The notes: generated from the sequence alone by a model not told the origin. Positions 1 through 9,205 are shown, counted from the stretch's first letter. The stretch: 58,327 nt of DNA from a virus (IMGVR_UViG_3300037742_000080:1-58327); one strand, 5' to 3'. A program made the numbers and translations.

Positions 1-127
1 CGCCCTGTCGATCGGGTCTGGGTGGTGTTCCGCCTCTCGGGCGGCCTGTTCGTTCTGGTCCATGTGGTCTCGTCTTCTGGTTGGTCGGATGTGACGACGC
101 GCCCGGCCGGGCGCGTCTGGGGTACAT
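1..127. repeat. 127-bp terminal overlap identical to 58201..58327 (circular assembly overlap)
   Basis: Exact identity of first and last 127 nt; 127 is a common assembler k-mer size; cuts through the DksA/TraR gene. Confidence 0.95.
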
Positions 128-138
128 CTTGCCGCGGG

Positions 139-744
139 TCAGGCCTTAGACTCGCCTTCATTCCCGGCATACTTGGCCTGCTGCTCGCGGGCAGCGTCTG
201 CCCAAGCCTTGGGGTCAATCACACCGGGCACAATGAGCACACCGCCTGCGCCGCCCTCAAGCTCCACCTTGTGGTTCTCGCGGTACTTCTCGGGGCGGGC
301 GCCCTTAAGCACAAGCGCCATCAGAGCATCGCTGTACTTGCGGACCGTGAGCTGACGCTGCTCGCCCGTGATCGGGTCAACGACCGTGGTCGGCATGCCC
401 TGGTAGATGACCGGCTCGTCGTAGCCGTCCACGGCACGGCGGATGGCCTCCGCTTCAATCCGGTCCGCCGCCTCCTCTACCGCGATGTCGTAGAGCATGG
501 AGAACCACTCCGAGGTCTCCCGCCAGTGGTAGACCGCGTCGCGGGACACGCCAGCCGCGCGGCAGCCCTCGAGTACGATGCCGCGGTGGGCGAAGGCGCG
601 CAGAAAGAGGCGGCGGCGTTCCAGGCTCATGCGGTCCTGGGCCGTCAGCCCCTCGAGCTCCCACTCTACAAGCTCCAGCTCGGAGACCGGGCCGCGCTCG
701 TACAAGAAGCGGCGCTCGTCCTCCGTCATGTTCTTGGTGGTCAT
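139..744 (-). CDS. terS: Terminase small subunit
   Basis: ATG at 744 with AGGAGG RBS; HTH (GCRAAGVSRDAVYHWR), EAEAIRRAVDG and KYSDALMALVLKGARPEKYRE motifs typical of TerS; upstream of terL across the circular junction. Confidence 0.85.
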   Translation of the reverse strand: MTTKNMTEDERRFLYERGPVSELELVEWELEGLTAQDRMSLERRRLFLRAFAHRGIVLEGCRAAGVSRDAVYHWRETSEWFSMLYDIAVEEAADRIEAEAIRRAVDGYDEPVIYQGMPTTVVDPITGEQRQLTVRKYSDALMALVLKGARPEKYRENHKVELEGGAGGVLIVPGVIDPKAWADAAREQQAKYAGNEGESKA

Positions 745-780
745 CACGACCTCCTTCCGTTTGATGGTGTACTGTCTGCG

Positions 781-811
781 ATGGTACCGTCCCAGGTCGG
801 GAGTGTAAGCC
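781..811 (-). promoter_or_regulatory. Putative promoter GGCTTACA-N17-TACCAT for terS
   Basis: Matches recurrent genome-wide motif; intergenic, correct orientation. Confidence 0.55.
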
Positions 812-873
812 AGCGACGATGGCGGGTCGGACCCCTCGGTTCCTCGTGCGCGAAGGCTACTGGACCGGTCCGC

Positions 874-958
874 GGCGCAAATTTGAGCGTGAGGGGCCTC
901 GCCCAGCTGGGCCCTAGGCGCAAATTTGAGCGCGAAGGGCCTCGCCCAGCTGGGTCCT
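874..958. repeat. Two tandem near-identical 42-bp repeats (period 43)
   Basis: ggcgcaaatttgagcgtgaggggcctcgcccagctgggccct at 874 and ggcgcaaatttgagcgcgaagggcctcgcccagctgggtcct at 917. Confidence 0.9.
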
Positions 959-1059
959 CGGCAGCGCCCGGGTTCGGCCACGGTCGGGCCGGATGAGGGG
1001 AATTGCCATCACGGCGTGCCCTCCGAACTGCCCAGGGCGGCCGTGTCGACCGTGTTCCC

Positions 1060-1400
1060 TCAGTTGCCCTAGATTGCCTACTTTCACTAGGAGAGTTGTT
1101 TTATAGGATCAGATAAATCTAAACCTTTATATCTTAGGCCTAGATAAGAAAGTATAATAAAATCATGTACTTAGCTCAGAATCTAAGGCATCTAAGCCAT
1201 CTGAGCATGACTGCTACGGTCTGGCGCTGTCGGAGTAGGTCATTTTCCTGGTGCAATATCGAGGCCAAGGCTCGTACGGTCCGTTCCGGCTCAGATTCGT
1301 GCATAAGTCCTTGATTTGCAAGCCTTATCAGGTCTAGACAGTAGTCTAAGCCTGGCTTTTAATAGGTCCGTTAGGCCCAGACACCAAGTCGCCGCGCCCA
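1060..1400. other. AT-rich non-coding region with 9-bp ATCTARGSC repeats and IHF-consensus sites; candidate replication origin or packaging region
   Basis: atctaaggc/atctaagcc/atctgagca at 1181-1207; WATCAANNNNTTR match at 1304-1316 (minus) and near match at 1161-1173; between primase-helicase and terS. Confidence 0.5.
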
Positions 1401-1469
1401 GCAAAACAAAAGGGGAAGCCGCCTTGCAGCGACCTCCCCTCATCATCGAGACCGTGGCCGACCTCGGCG

Positions 1470-3803
1470 TCAATCGAGGGCGTCCTTGGGCCAGTCGACA
1501 CGGCTGCCAAACTTGACCTCGAGCATGGACCGGCAGTCTGCAAGCGAAGGCACCTTGGTCGCGGACGCACGGCCCATACGATCGACCTTGACCGCGTAGT
1601 CCGTATCGTCCGGCTTGACCTGGGTGTTCTCCAGCCTGCCGCCGACGAGCTTGTTGAGGCGCATGCCGAAGGACACTGGGTCGGCCGGCCGGTACACGCG
1701 CTGGTCCTTCGCGAAGTCCGCGTAGTCCGCCCGCAGGTGCTCCTTGATGACGACGACCGCGCCTTCATGCCAATCGCCCCGCGCGTTCGGCAGCATCCCG
1801 TCAAGGAGCTTGTTGTACCACCACCGCTCGACGTCGTCCATGGTCATGACCTTCTGCTCGACGAGCGCCTTGGTCGCTGGCACCTCGTCGCGCGGCGCCC
1901 ATCCCTCAATGTCCCGCAGCAGCAGGTCATGCAGCATGGCCTCAATGCCGCCCTGCCCATACAGCTGGTGGTTCAGCGACTTGAAGAAGGCCTTATCGCC
2001 GCGCCGCTTGCTGTTGACTTGGAACACCGCGAAGCGCCGCTCGCCGTCCAGGCCGGCAGGCACGACCCAGTCACCGTTGGCTGCCATGATGATGTGCACG
2101 TGGTTCTTGCCCATCACAGCGTCACGGCCCTTGCCTTCATACGCAATAGTCGGCTCGGTTACAAGCTGCTTGAGCTTTGCCTCACCCGCCTTGTCACCGG
2201 CCCAGAAGGCCTCGTCGGCAAACAGGCAGATGCAGTTCTGCAGGTGGGAGTTGAACCGGCCGACCAGGTGCTCCGGCGAGCTGATGTGCAGGCCGTGCGA
2301 CCCTGCGAGCATAGCAGCGGCACGGCCGAGCGTGCCCTTGCCAGTCCCCTTCTCGCCCTTGAAGCAGAGCGCCACCTCGGCGGCACGGCTCGGGTGTTGC
2401 ACCATGTAGGCGAGCCAGTCAAGGACGTACTCATAGTGAGCCTCGACACCGTCCACCAGCACCTCACGGATGAGGGTCTGCAGCATCGACCAATTGCCCT
2501 TGTTCGGCTGCACGGCCCAGCCGCGCCACAGGTTGAGCCAGCCCTCGTGGTTGCGCTCAGGGTCAAAGATGACGCCCTTGTACTGCCGGCGGTGCGGGTT
2601 CCTAATCCAGTAGGAGGAGCGTGTCACGAGCTTGTCGTGCACCTCGACCAGCTGGTTGCAGTAGAGGTTCTCAAAGTCCTCCTTGGTGCTGCGCTGGAAG
2701 AACGGGCGGCCCAGGACCGGGTCCATCTCCTCGGTGAAGATGCGGAACTTGCCGCCCTCCATCACCACGCAGTGCTGCTCGTTCATCTCCTCCATCACAG
2801 CCTGGACGCCCTCTGCCTTCGGCTCGGACCTCAGGACCGCATCGTCCACGCCCTGGCCGTGCTCGGAGGGGTCCTCCCAGATGTCGAAGTCATCCTCGGG
2901 GTCAGGGCGTACCACCTCGCCGCCCGCCTCCTGCACGACCTTGTGCAGGAACTTGACGGTGACGGGGCGACCGCCACGACCTGATGTCGCATGCAGCGAG
3001 TCCCACCGGCGGCCGATGATCCATGCGTCGTCCTGGTACTTCGCGTCCTGCGTGGACCACTCGATGAACTCCTGCCGGCCTTCGCCGTTAGTGGCATGGT
3101 GGCAGGCCATCATCAGGTCGCGCCACGTATCGTGGTCCTGAAAGTCCTCAGCGTCCAGTTGCTCAAGTGTCGCGGCCAGCATCTCAGGCGTGAGCTCGCC
3201 GAGGCCCGCAGCCTCACCGTGCGCACGGGTAGGCCGGCGGCAGAGGCGCAAAAGGACGGCCGGCATCTCAGGCATATCAGAGAGGGGCGGCGCGAGGTCG
3301 TCCCATTCATAATGCCTGCCGTTCGGGTGGACAGAGCCTGCGGCCACGACCTGACGGCCGAGCGACTTGAACTCCACGCCCGCGTAGGCCTCGAGCGTGT
3401 CGAGCAGGGACACGTCGGCCGGCTTGGTGAACCAGTAGTGGTGCCCTCCGGAGCCAGTCACCGTATGGGGAGCGAGGCTCAGGTCCAGCCCCGCATCGGC
3501 GACGAGCTCGGCCAGGGAGTCGCGGCCCTCGGGGAAGTTGCGGGGGTCGACGTCAAGCACCATGATCGATGCCGGCAGGCGCACGCCCACGTTGACGCCT
3601 TCCTTCTCGGCGATATGCAGCACGCCCTGCGAGTCATACTCGCGAGCCTGCCATGCTCCGTCCCTTGGTGTCTTGCCCCGGTCGCGGCCTTTGCTGTCCA
3701 CTGCATTCCACACGTGCAAAGGGATCAACTGCAGGCCAGCTTCTATATACGTGCGCATGTCCGCTGTGCGCACGCGCTTCATCTTTTTGTCTGTGTTCGT
3801 CAC
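1470..3803 (-). CDS. Primase-polymerase/helicase (bifunctional prim-pol N-terminus, PriCT-2, D5/SF3-like helicase)
   Basis: VLDVDPRN and TGSGGHHYWF prim-pol motifs; Walker A GEKGTGKGT; LFADEA Walker B. Confidence 0.9.
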   Translation of the reverse strand: MTNTDKKMKRVRTADMRTYIEAGLQLIPLHVWNAVDSKGRDRGKTPRDGAWQAREYDSQGVLHIAEKEGVNVGVRLPASIMVLDVDPRNFPEGRDSLAELVADAGLDLSLAPHTVTGSGGHHYWFTKPADVSLLDTLEAYAGVEFKSLGRQVVAAGSVHPNGRHYEWDDLAPPLSDMPEMPAVLLRLCRRPTRAHGEAAGLGELTPEMLAATLEQLDAEDFQDHDTWRDLMMACHHATNGEGRQEFIEWSTQDAKYQDDAWIIGRRWDSLHATSGRGGRPVTVKFLHKVVQEAGGEVVRPDPEDDFDIWEDPSEHGQGVDDAVLRSEPKAEGVQAVMEEMNEQHCVVMEGGKFRIFTEEMDPVLGRPFFQRSTKEDFENLYCNQLVEVHDKLVTRSSYWIRNPHRRQYKGVIFDPERNHEGWLNLWRGWAVQPNKGNWSMLQTLIREVLVDGVEAHYEYVLDWLAYMVQHPSRAAEVALCFKGEKGTGKGTLGRAAAMLAGSHGLHISSPEHLVGRFNSHLQNCICLFADEAFWAGDKAGEAKLKQLVTEPTIAYEGKGRDAVMGKNHVHIIMAANGDWVVPAGLDGERRFAVFQVNSKRRGDKAFFKSLNHQLYGQGGIEAMLHDLLLRDIEGWAPRDEVPATKALVEQKVMTMDDVERWWYNKLLDGMLPNARGDWHEGAVVVIKEHLRADYADFAKDQRVYRPADPVSFGMRLNKLVGGRLENTQVKPDDTDYAVKVDRMGRASATKVPSLADCRSMLEVKFGSRVDWPKDALD

Positions 3804-3991
3804 GCGGTCACCTCCGCGCCGGGTTGCTGGCGGTCTCGGCTGCCTGCCTCCTCGATGAGTGCGCGGGCGGCGTCTGCCTCCGTCACCTTCTCAGGCTCGT
3901 CGCTGCCGCGGCGGAGCTCTTCCAGCTTCCCGCGGATGAGCTCGCGGTGCCGGTCGGAGAGTCGCAGCGACATCTGCTGGCTTAGTGCCAT
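3800..3991 (-). CDS. Small putative ribbon-helix-helix DNA-binding protein
   Basis: MSLRLSDRHRELI...TEADAARALIEEA pattern; AAGGAG RBS; GTGA/ATGA-type coupling to primase. Confidence 0.55.
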   Translation of the reverse strand: MALSQQMSLRLSDRHRELIRGKLEELRRGSDEPEKVTEADAARALIEEAGSRDRQQPGAEVTA

Positions 3992-4040
3992 AGTGTGCTC
4001 CTTAGGGTTGTCGGTTGGGCCTGGGTGGGCCGGGACGATC

Positions 4041-4071
4041 ATCTTGCCCGGACGTAGTGCAATGCGGAACC
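4041..4071 (-). promoter_or_regulatory. Putative promoter GGTTCCGC-N17-CAAGAT for the RHH-primase operon
   Basis: Recurrent motif preceded by CGAC. Confidence 0.5.
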
Positions 4072-4197
4072 GTCGGTCGCTCCGTCTAGGCCTTCGGAGG
4101 TCCAGATGCCCTAGACCATCGTCTCCCTAACGTCGGTCCGCGGTGCGTGGCCCTGGCGTTACGATGACCATCCCTAAACCGCTCAACCAAGGAGAGC

Positions 4198-4719
4198 ATG
4201 ATGGACATCAACGAGTACATGACGAAGAGCCTGGAACTCCAGGAACGCACTGCCACCGCTTTGGAGGCCCTGGTCAAGGCTGGCTTCCAGCAAGTCAACG
4301 TGGCCCACCACAGCTGCGGCAAGACGACCGGCGGCGCGCAGGTCAAGCACCCCGAGACCGAGGTGAAGGACACGCCGACCGAGAAGACGAACACGTTGGC
4401 GCAGGACAAGCCGGCCGAGACCAAGGTCGAGAAGAAGGAAGAGACCAAGGTCGAGAAGAAGGAAGAGACCAAGGTCGAGAAGAAGGAAGAGACCAAGGTC
4501 GAGAAGAAGGAAGAGCCCGCAGCTGACAAGCCGGCCGAGACCAAGGCCAAGAAGGTGACGGCCGATGACGCCCGCAAGGCACTGAAGGCCTACGCTGCGA
4601 TCGAGGGCAATGACGCTGCCATGGAATTGCTGACGAGCCTGGGTGCTGGCTCCGTCTCAGCCCTGGCCGAGCAGGGCGACGACAAGCTGGCTGAGCTCGT
4701 GGCGAAGTGCGGGGGCTAA
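4198..4719 (+). CDS. Lys/Glu-rich hypothetical protein with ETKVEKKE repeats
   Basis: AAGGAGAG RBS, phage-like codon usage, first gene of rightward arm. Confidence 0.8.
   Translation: MMDINEYMTKSLELQERTATALEALVKAGFQQVNVAHHSCGKTTGGAQVKHPETEVKDTPTEKTNTLAQDKPAETKVEKKEETKVEKKEETKVEKKEETKVEKKEEPAADKPAETKAKKVTADDARKALKAYAAIEGNDAAMELLTSLGAGSVSALAEQGDDKLAELVAKCGG
4417..4512 (+). repeat. 4 x 24-bp perfect tandem repeat gagaccaaggtcgagaagaaggaa (coding)
   Basis: Copies start at 4417, 4441, 4465 and 4489; no spacers. Confidence 0.95.
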
Positions 4720-4724
4720 CCGAG

Positions 4725-4991
4725 ATGAGCGACCAACCCAACATGAAGATGCCCAAGGACTCCGCGCAGGTGGTGTTCTGGTTCAAGGGGCTGCCGCAGC
4801 CGACAGCCTTCCTGACCACCCGTGAGGAGGCCGACAAGCTGGTTGCGGCCTTCCGCGCGGAGGAGCCCCATCTCAGCTTCCTGTCGTACCCCGACGGGCG
4901 CGGCGTACGCTCCGAGAGCACGTTCCTGCGCTACGAGCTCCGCGGCGTGACCATCGAGTACCCTACCATCCAGCTCGTAGGGGGTGCCTGA
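4725..4991 (+). CDS. Hypothetical protein
   Basis: Fills gap in operon, codon usage consistent. Confidence 0.7.
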   Translation: MSDQPNMKMPKDSAQVVFWFKGLPQPTAFLTTREEADKLVAAFRAEEPHLSFLSYPDGRGVRSESTFLRYELRGVTIEYPTIQLVGGA

Positions 4992-4992
4992 C

Positions 4993-6528
4993 ATGCCTAG
5001 CGCCCACGCAGTACGGAACGCGTCGGGGGCAAAGCGCTGGATGAACTGCCCGGGCTCCATCAACATGGAGCACGGGCGGCCGAACAACTCCTCCGACGCG
5101 GCTCGCCTTGGTACGGCGGCGCACGCGCTCGGTGAGGCCTGCCTGCTAGACGGCAGCGAGGCCTGGGAGTGGCTCGGCGGGTACGTCCGGCTCGACCCCA
5201 ACGAGCAGGCCGAGGTCTACCGGCCCAAGCAGCCCTACATGGGCGAGGACGAGGGCGACAAGACAGTCCTGGTCCCTGTCCACGCGTCGGAGGACGGCCT
5301 GCCGCCATCCGGCCATGAGGACTTCCCAATTGACGCCGACATGGCGGACGCCGTCCAGGTCTACCTCGATGCCGTGCGCGAGGAGATGCTGCGGCTGGGC
5401 GAGCACGCCGAGCTGCAGGTCGAGAAGCGGTTCAGCCTGTCATGGCTCGTGGGCTATGACTACGACGAGGCCGAGGAGGCCAAGGCACTCGAGGCGGGCG
5501 ACTTCTACGTCTCCCCGTCCGGCATTCGCCGCGACGACTTCGGGGACCTGGTCCACGCCAACGGCAGACCCTGCCATGGCCCGATGTTTGGCACAAACGA
5601 CGCCTCGGTGGTCCTGCTGTTCGACCATGTCAGCGTCTTCGACTACAAGCACGGCCAGGGCGTTGTCGTTGAGGTGGAGGACAACGAGCAGGAGCTGTAC
5701 TACGCCCTCTGCTGCGCCAAAGAGTTGGACTGGGCGTTCGATACCCTTGACCTCATCATTGTCCAGCCGCGGGCCCGGCACGCTGATGGCAAGGTGCGCC
5801 GCTGGTCCACGACCAAGGCCTACCTGCGGGAGTTCGAGGAGCGCCTGCGCATCGCCGCGCTGGCGACCGAGGCTCCGGATGCTCCTCTCGCCGCCGGCGA
5901 CTGGTGCAAGTTCTGCAAGGCCGCGGCGGTTTGTCCCCAGCTGCGGGAGGAGGCCTTTAACCAGGCCGGCCTTGACTTCGGGGACGGATTCGAGGAGCCG
6001 AGCGTGAGTCTGACAGGACCAGAGGACAGTGACGCCGACCTGGAGCTGCGCATGCGGGCCATCCCGCTGCTCGACAGCTTCATCAAGGCGACCCAGACGG
6101 AGGCGCTCCGTCGCCTGCGTGAGACACCCGGCGGCGAGGCCTGCTACGGCAAGCTGGTCCGCAAGAAGGCGAACCGCGCCTTCCGTACCGACCTGACCGA
6201 GGAGGTCGACGGCGAGGAGAAGCCCATTGTGGTGTTCGACAAGCTGGTCGAGGCGGGCATCCCACGGGAGATGCTGTTCGAGGAGCCGAAGCCGAAGAGC
6301 CCGTCCAAGGTGGAGGCGGTGCGCCCGCCCGAGCTGATGGCGAAGCTCAAGGCCGAGAAGGTGAAGGCCCCGGCGGCCCACATCAAGGCCCTGGTGGCGC
6401 AGTATACCTACAAGCCTGAGGGTGGCATCACCGTCGCGCCGCTGAGCGACCCCCGCGAGGCGGTCGACCCGAGCGCGGCGGCTGCCTCCGACTTCGACGC
6501 CGTCGACGGCGAGGCCTCCTACGAATAG
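4993..6528 (+). CDS. PD-(D/E)xK exonuclease, Cas4-like/DUF2800 family
   Basis: SGAKRWMNCPGS, GTAAH, FGTND...VFDYKHG, CKFCKAAAVCP motifs. Confidence 0.85.
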   Translation: MPSAHAVRNASGAKRWMNCPGSINMEHGRPNNSSDAARLGTAAHALGEACLLDGSEAWEWLGGYVRLDPNEQAEVYRPKQPYMGEDEGDKTVLVPVHASEDGLPPSGHEDFPIDADMADAVQVYLDAVREEMLRLGEHAELQVEKRFSLSWLVGYDYDEAEEAKALEAGDFYVSPSGIRRDDFGDLVHANGRPCHGPMFGTNDASVVLLFDHVSVFDYKHGQGVVVEVEDNEQELYYALCCAKELDWAFDTLDLIIVQPRARHADGKVRRWSTTKAYLREFEERLRIAALATEAPDAPLAAGDWCKFCKAAAVCPQLREEAFNQAGLDFGDGFEEPSVSLTGPEDSDADLELRMRAIPLLDSFIKATQTEALRRLRETPGGEACYGKLVRKKANRAFRTDLTEEVDGEEKPIVVFDKLVEAGIPREMLFEEPKPKSPSKVEAVRPPELMAKLKAEKVKAPAAHIKALVAQYTYKPEGGITVAPLSDPREAVDPSAAAASDFDAVDGEASYE

Positions 6529-6529
6529 G

Positions 6530-6560
6530 GGCGTTCTCGTGACCAGGGTGGGAGCATGAT
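6530..6560 (+). promoter_or_regulatory. Putative promoter GGCGTTCT-N17-CATGAT
   Basis: Recurrent motif, intergenic. Confidence 0.45.
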
Positions 6561-6597
6561 GAGTGCTCCCACCCTTTCTTTTACTAGGAGCATCGCG

Positions 6598-7044
6598 ATG
6601 GCGACGATAGAGTATGAGGCGCAGGTGGGAGTCGGCGACGGGAGCGGTCAGCTCTTCGTCTACGGCTCCTATGACGCCGTGAAGCGGGTCCAGGCCCTCA
6701 TCCTGGAGAACGAGCGGCTGCGCCGACTGCAGCCCTTCAACGGGCTCAGCCCGGCCGAGGTCGAGCGCCTCGCGCTGCTGGCCGAGGAGATGGGTGAGAC
6801 GATCCAGGTCGTCGGCAAGGTCCTCCGCCATGGCTACGAGTCCCACAACCCGAATGACCCTGAGCGCACGACAAACCGCAAGCTGCTGATGCACGAGCTG
6901 GGCGATGTGCGTCACTCGGTCGACCGCATGTGCGACGCGGACGATGTCAGCAAGCAGATCATCGGCGTGCGGGCCCACCTCAAGGGCCGGCGTGTCAAGC
7001 AGTACCTCCACCACCAACCCACCAACCAAGGAGAAAGTGAATGA
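6598..7044 (+). CDS. MazG-like nucleotide pyrophosphohydrolase
   Basis: LAEEMGETIQVVGKVLRHG...ELGDV (EExxE...ExxD). Confidence 0.75.
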   Translation: MATIEYEAQVGVGDGSGQLFVYGSYDAVKRVQALILENERLRRLQPFNGLSPAEVERLALLAEEMGETIQVVGKVLRHGYESHNPNDPERTTNRKLLMHELGDVRHSVDRMCDADDVSKQIIGVRAHLKGRRVKQYLHHQPTNQGESE

Positions 7045-7676
7045 ACGAGAAGCCCTTTGAAGAGCGGAGCCAGACCGAGGAGCTCCGCCACGCCATGCAG
7101 GAGATGCTGGCGGAAGACAACCCGCAGGTGAAGAACCTCGCCGCAGCCAGCAAGAAGCAGCTCGCCCGTGAGGTCGTGCGCCTGCGCGCCATGGTCAAGG
7201 TCATCCAGAACGCCACCCGCAACGTGCGCATTGACGGGCACCGGTTCGGCCACGCGGAAGCCTTCATGCTGATGACTTACCGTGAGGTCGATGGCGACAG
7301 CACCCTGCTCGTGTGGAACTCCCGCGATGGTGTGACTCCCTTCGTCATCAACATCGGCGCCAAGAAGTACCAGCACGACATCCCGCTCCAGCAGGGCCCG
7401 TTCTTCGACCTGCCGCGCGAGCACGCTGTCACCCACGTGTGGGTCACGCGCACCGACGCCCAGGTGCTCGAGGCGTGGCACCGCACGATGGACAAGGCGG
7501 TCGAGATGGGCAAGATCGACCCCGACAAGGCGGCCTCCATGCGCGACGACCTCGGGGTCGCCGAGTCCTGGCACTACCGCATCGGCCTCCGCAACCTGGA
7601 GACCGGCCGCTTCACCGACGAGGAGGTCCTCGAGGCTGTCCGCGCACCCACAACCCAAGAAGGAGAGACCCAATGA
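7041..7676 (+). CDS. Hypothetical protein
   Basis: ATGA-coupled ORF, RBS AAGGAG. Confidence 0.75.
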   Translation: MNEKPFEERSQTEELRHAMQEMLAEDNPQVKNLAAASKKQLAREVVRLRAMVKVIQNATRNVRIDGHRFGHAEAFMLMTYREVDGDSTLLVWNSRDGVTPFVINIGAKKYQHDIPLQQGPFFDLPREHAVTHVWVTRTDAQVLEAWHRTMDKAVEMGKIDPDKAASMRDDLGVAESWHYRIGLRNLETGRFTDEEVLEAVRAPTTQEGETQ

Positions 7677-8251
7677 CCGAGCAACGCATACCTGCCATCG
7701 TGCTCCGCACCGTGCCCTACGACCGGATGGTCGCCAACCTCTTCAAGCTCATGGGCAGTCGCGAGGCATCCCTGCTGCACGCCGCCGTCGGCATCTCCGG
7801 CGAGACCGCGGAGCTGCTCGTGGCCGACTCCATCGAGAACATCGTGGAGGAGCTCGGCGACATGGAGTTCTACATCGAGGCCGGCTACCAGGTGCTGGGC
7901 GGTCGCCGCTCGGCGCTCGCGGACGAGCTCGTGCTCGAGGCGGGCGACCCCGCGCAGCACCAGGTGCTCGGCACCGTCACCATCGCCATGTCGTCCACGG
8001 CCGGTCGGCTGCTCGACCTCGTCAAGAAGGGCTGGGTCTACAACAAGCCCCTTGACGACAACGCCGAGCGCGCGATCCGCTACGAGCTCATGCGCCTCGA
8101 GTGCATGATGGAGCAGCTGCTGGACATGGTCGGCGTCCGTCGGCCGGACGTCCTGCGCACCAACCAGATGAAGCTCGGCAAGCGCTACCCGGAGGGTGTC
8201 TACACCGACCGGGCTGCGCAGGACCGCGCTGACAAGCCTTCGGGGGAGTGA
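7673..8251 (+). CDS. MazG-like nucleotide pyrophosphohydrolase
   Basis: LLHAAVGISGETAELL...EELGDMEFY and NQMKLGKRYPEG motifs; ATG 7673 with AGGAGAG RBS. Confidence 0.75.
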   Translation: MTEQRIPAIVLRTVPYDRMVANLFKLMGSREASLLHAAVGISGETAELLVADSIENIVEELGDMEFYIEAGYQVLGGRRSALADELVLEAGDPAQHQVLGTVTIAMSSTAGRLLDLVKKGWVYNKPLDDNAERAIRYELMRLECMMEQLLDMVGVRRPDVLRTNQMKLGKRYPEGVYTDRAAQDRADKPSGE

Positions 8252-8790
8252 CCGTGCTCGACTTCATTGTCGTCGGCCTGCCCAGGTCAGGGACCACCTG
8301 GGCGGCGAACTGGCTCACCACCGACCGGGCTCACTGCTTCCACGACCCGCTCTACACCGTGCACTACTCGGACTGGGATGAGCGGCTGCCCGCCCGTGCG
8401 CCGGGCCGCCTGGTAGGCGCGTCCTGTACCGGGGCCTGGCGCTGGGCAGACTGGCTCAACGCCCACCCGGCCCGCAAGCTGGTGCTGCACCGCGACGTCG
8501 GCGAGGTCATCGAGTCCATGCGGGCCCTAGGGCTGCCGCCTGTCTCGCCCGATGACGCGGCGGCGCTCGACCGCGTCATCGGGATGCACGTGCCATTCGG
8601 CGACCTGTTCGACCCCTCCGGGGCGCGCGAGGCGTGGGAGCACCTGCTGCCGTCCTTGCCATTCAACGAGGCGCGCCACCGCGAGCTCGTCGACATCGAG
8701 ATGCAGCCCAAGTTCAGCGGGCTGACGATCGACCCGGCCGTGACGCGCAGGCTCATGGCCGAGCTACGGCGCGCCGCGGAGGGGTGGTGA
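8248..8790 (+). CDS. P-loop protein of sulfotransferase-like fold
   Basis: N-terminal DFIVVGLPRSGTTW resembles the PAPS-binding loop; FHDP and LVLHRD match the downstream sulfotransferase-fold pattern. Confidence 0.65.
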   Translation: MTVLDFIVVGLPRSGTTWAANWLTTDRAHCFHDPLYTVHYSDWDERLPARAPGRLVGASCTGAWRWADWLNAHPARKLVLHRDVGEVIESMRALGLPPVSPDDAAALDRVIGMHVPFGDLFDPSGAREAWEHLLPSLPFNEARHRELVDIEMQPKFSGLTIDPAVTRRLMAELRRAAEGW

Positions 8791-9083
8791 CCACGACGGT
8801 CGTCAACCGCCGCAGCGGGGCGCCCTACGACCTCATGGTCGACAGGACGTCCTTCTGGGGCAACCCGTTCCACGTCGGGGTCGACGGCACGCGCCGCGAG
8901 GTCATTGCCAAGTACAGGGCGATGGTGCTGTCGCGCCCCGACATGCTCGCCAGGCTGCCGGAGCTGCGCGGCAAGGTACTGGGCTGCTGGTGCAAGCCGA
9001 AGCCGTGCCATGCCGACGTTCTCGCAGAGCTGGCGGATTCCGGGGAGTTCGGTGGCTCGCTCCCCGGGCCCGATCCGAGATAA
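8787..9083 (+). CDS. DUF4326-family protein
   Basis: DRTSFWGNPF and LRGKVLGCWCKPKPCHADVL motifs. Confidence 0.8.
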   Translation: MTTTVVNRRSGAPYDLMVDRTSFWGNPFHVGVDGTRREVIAKYRAMVLSRPDMLARLPELRGKVLGCWCKPKPCHADVLAELADSGEFGGSLPGPDPR

Positions 9084-9205
9084 TTCAACCCTGCCCGCTG
9101 CGGTCCCGGTCTTCCTCCTCGGAGTAAGCTGACTAGGGCCTTCCGGGGCGGACTCCATGTCGACATCGACTACATCGTTCAAACCCGCTATAAGGAGTAT
9201 CATCC

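Noticed and set aside
4417-4512. CRISPR array
   Set aside because: Repeats are contiguous with no spacers and are in-frame coding
4993-6528. CRISPR-associated Cas4
   Set aside because: No array or other cas genes; sits in the usual phage exonuclease-SSB-PolA module
5440-7029. Long antisense or alternate-frame ORFs (also 22..996, 1737..2984, 15628..17112, 16668..18008, 43076..44236, 47880..49436, 53081..54652, 54018..55151)
   Set aside because: Shadow ORFs of GC-rich coding DNA, overlapping well-supported genes and lacking motifs or RBS
9084-9205. Structured RNA leader upstream of ssb
   Set aside because: Only short stems (gtcga-ca-tcgac) visible; insufficient without comparative data
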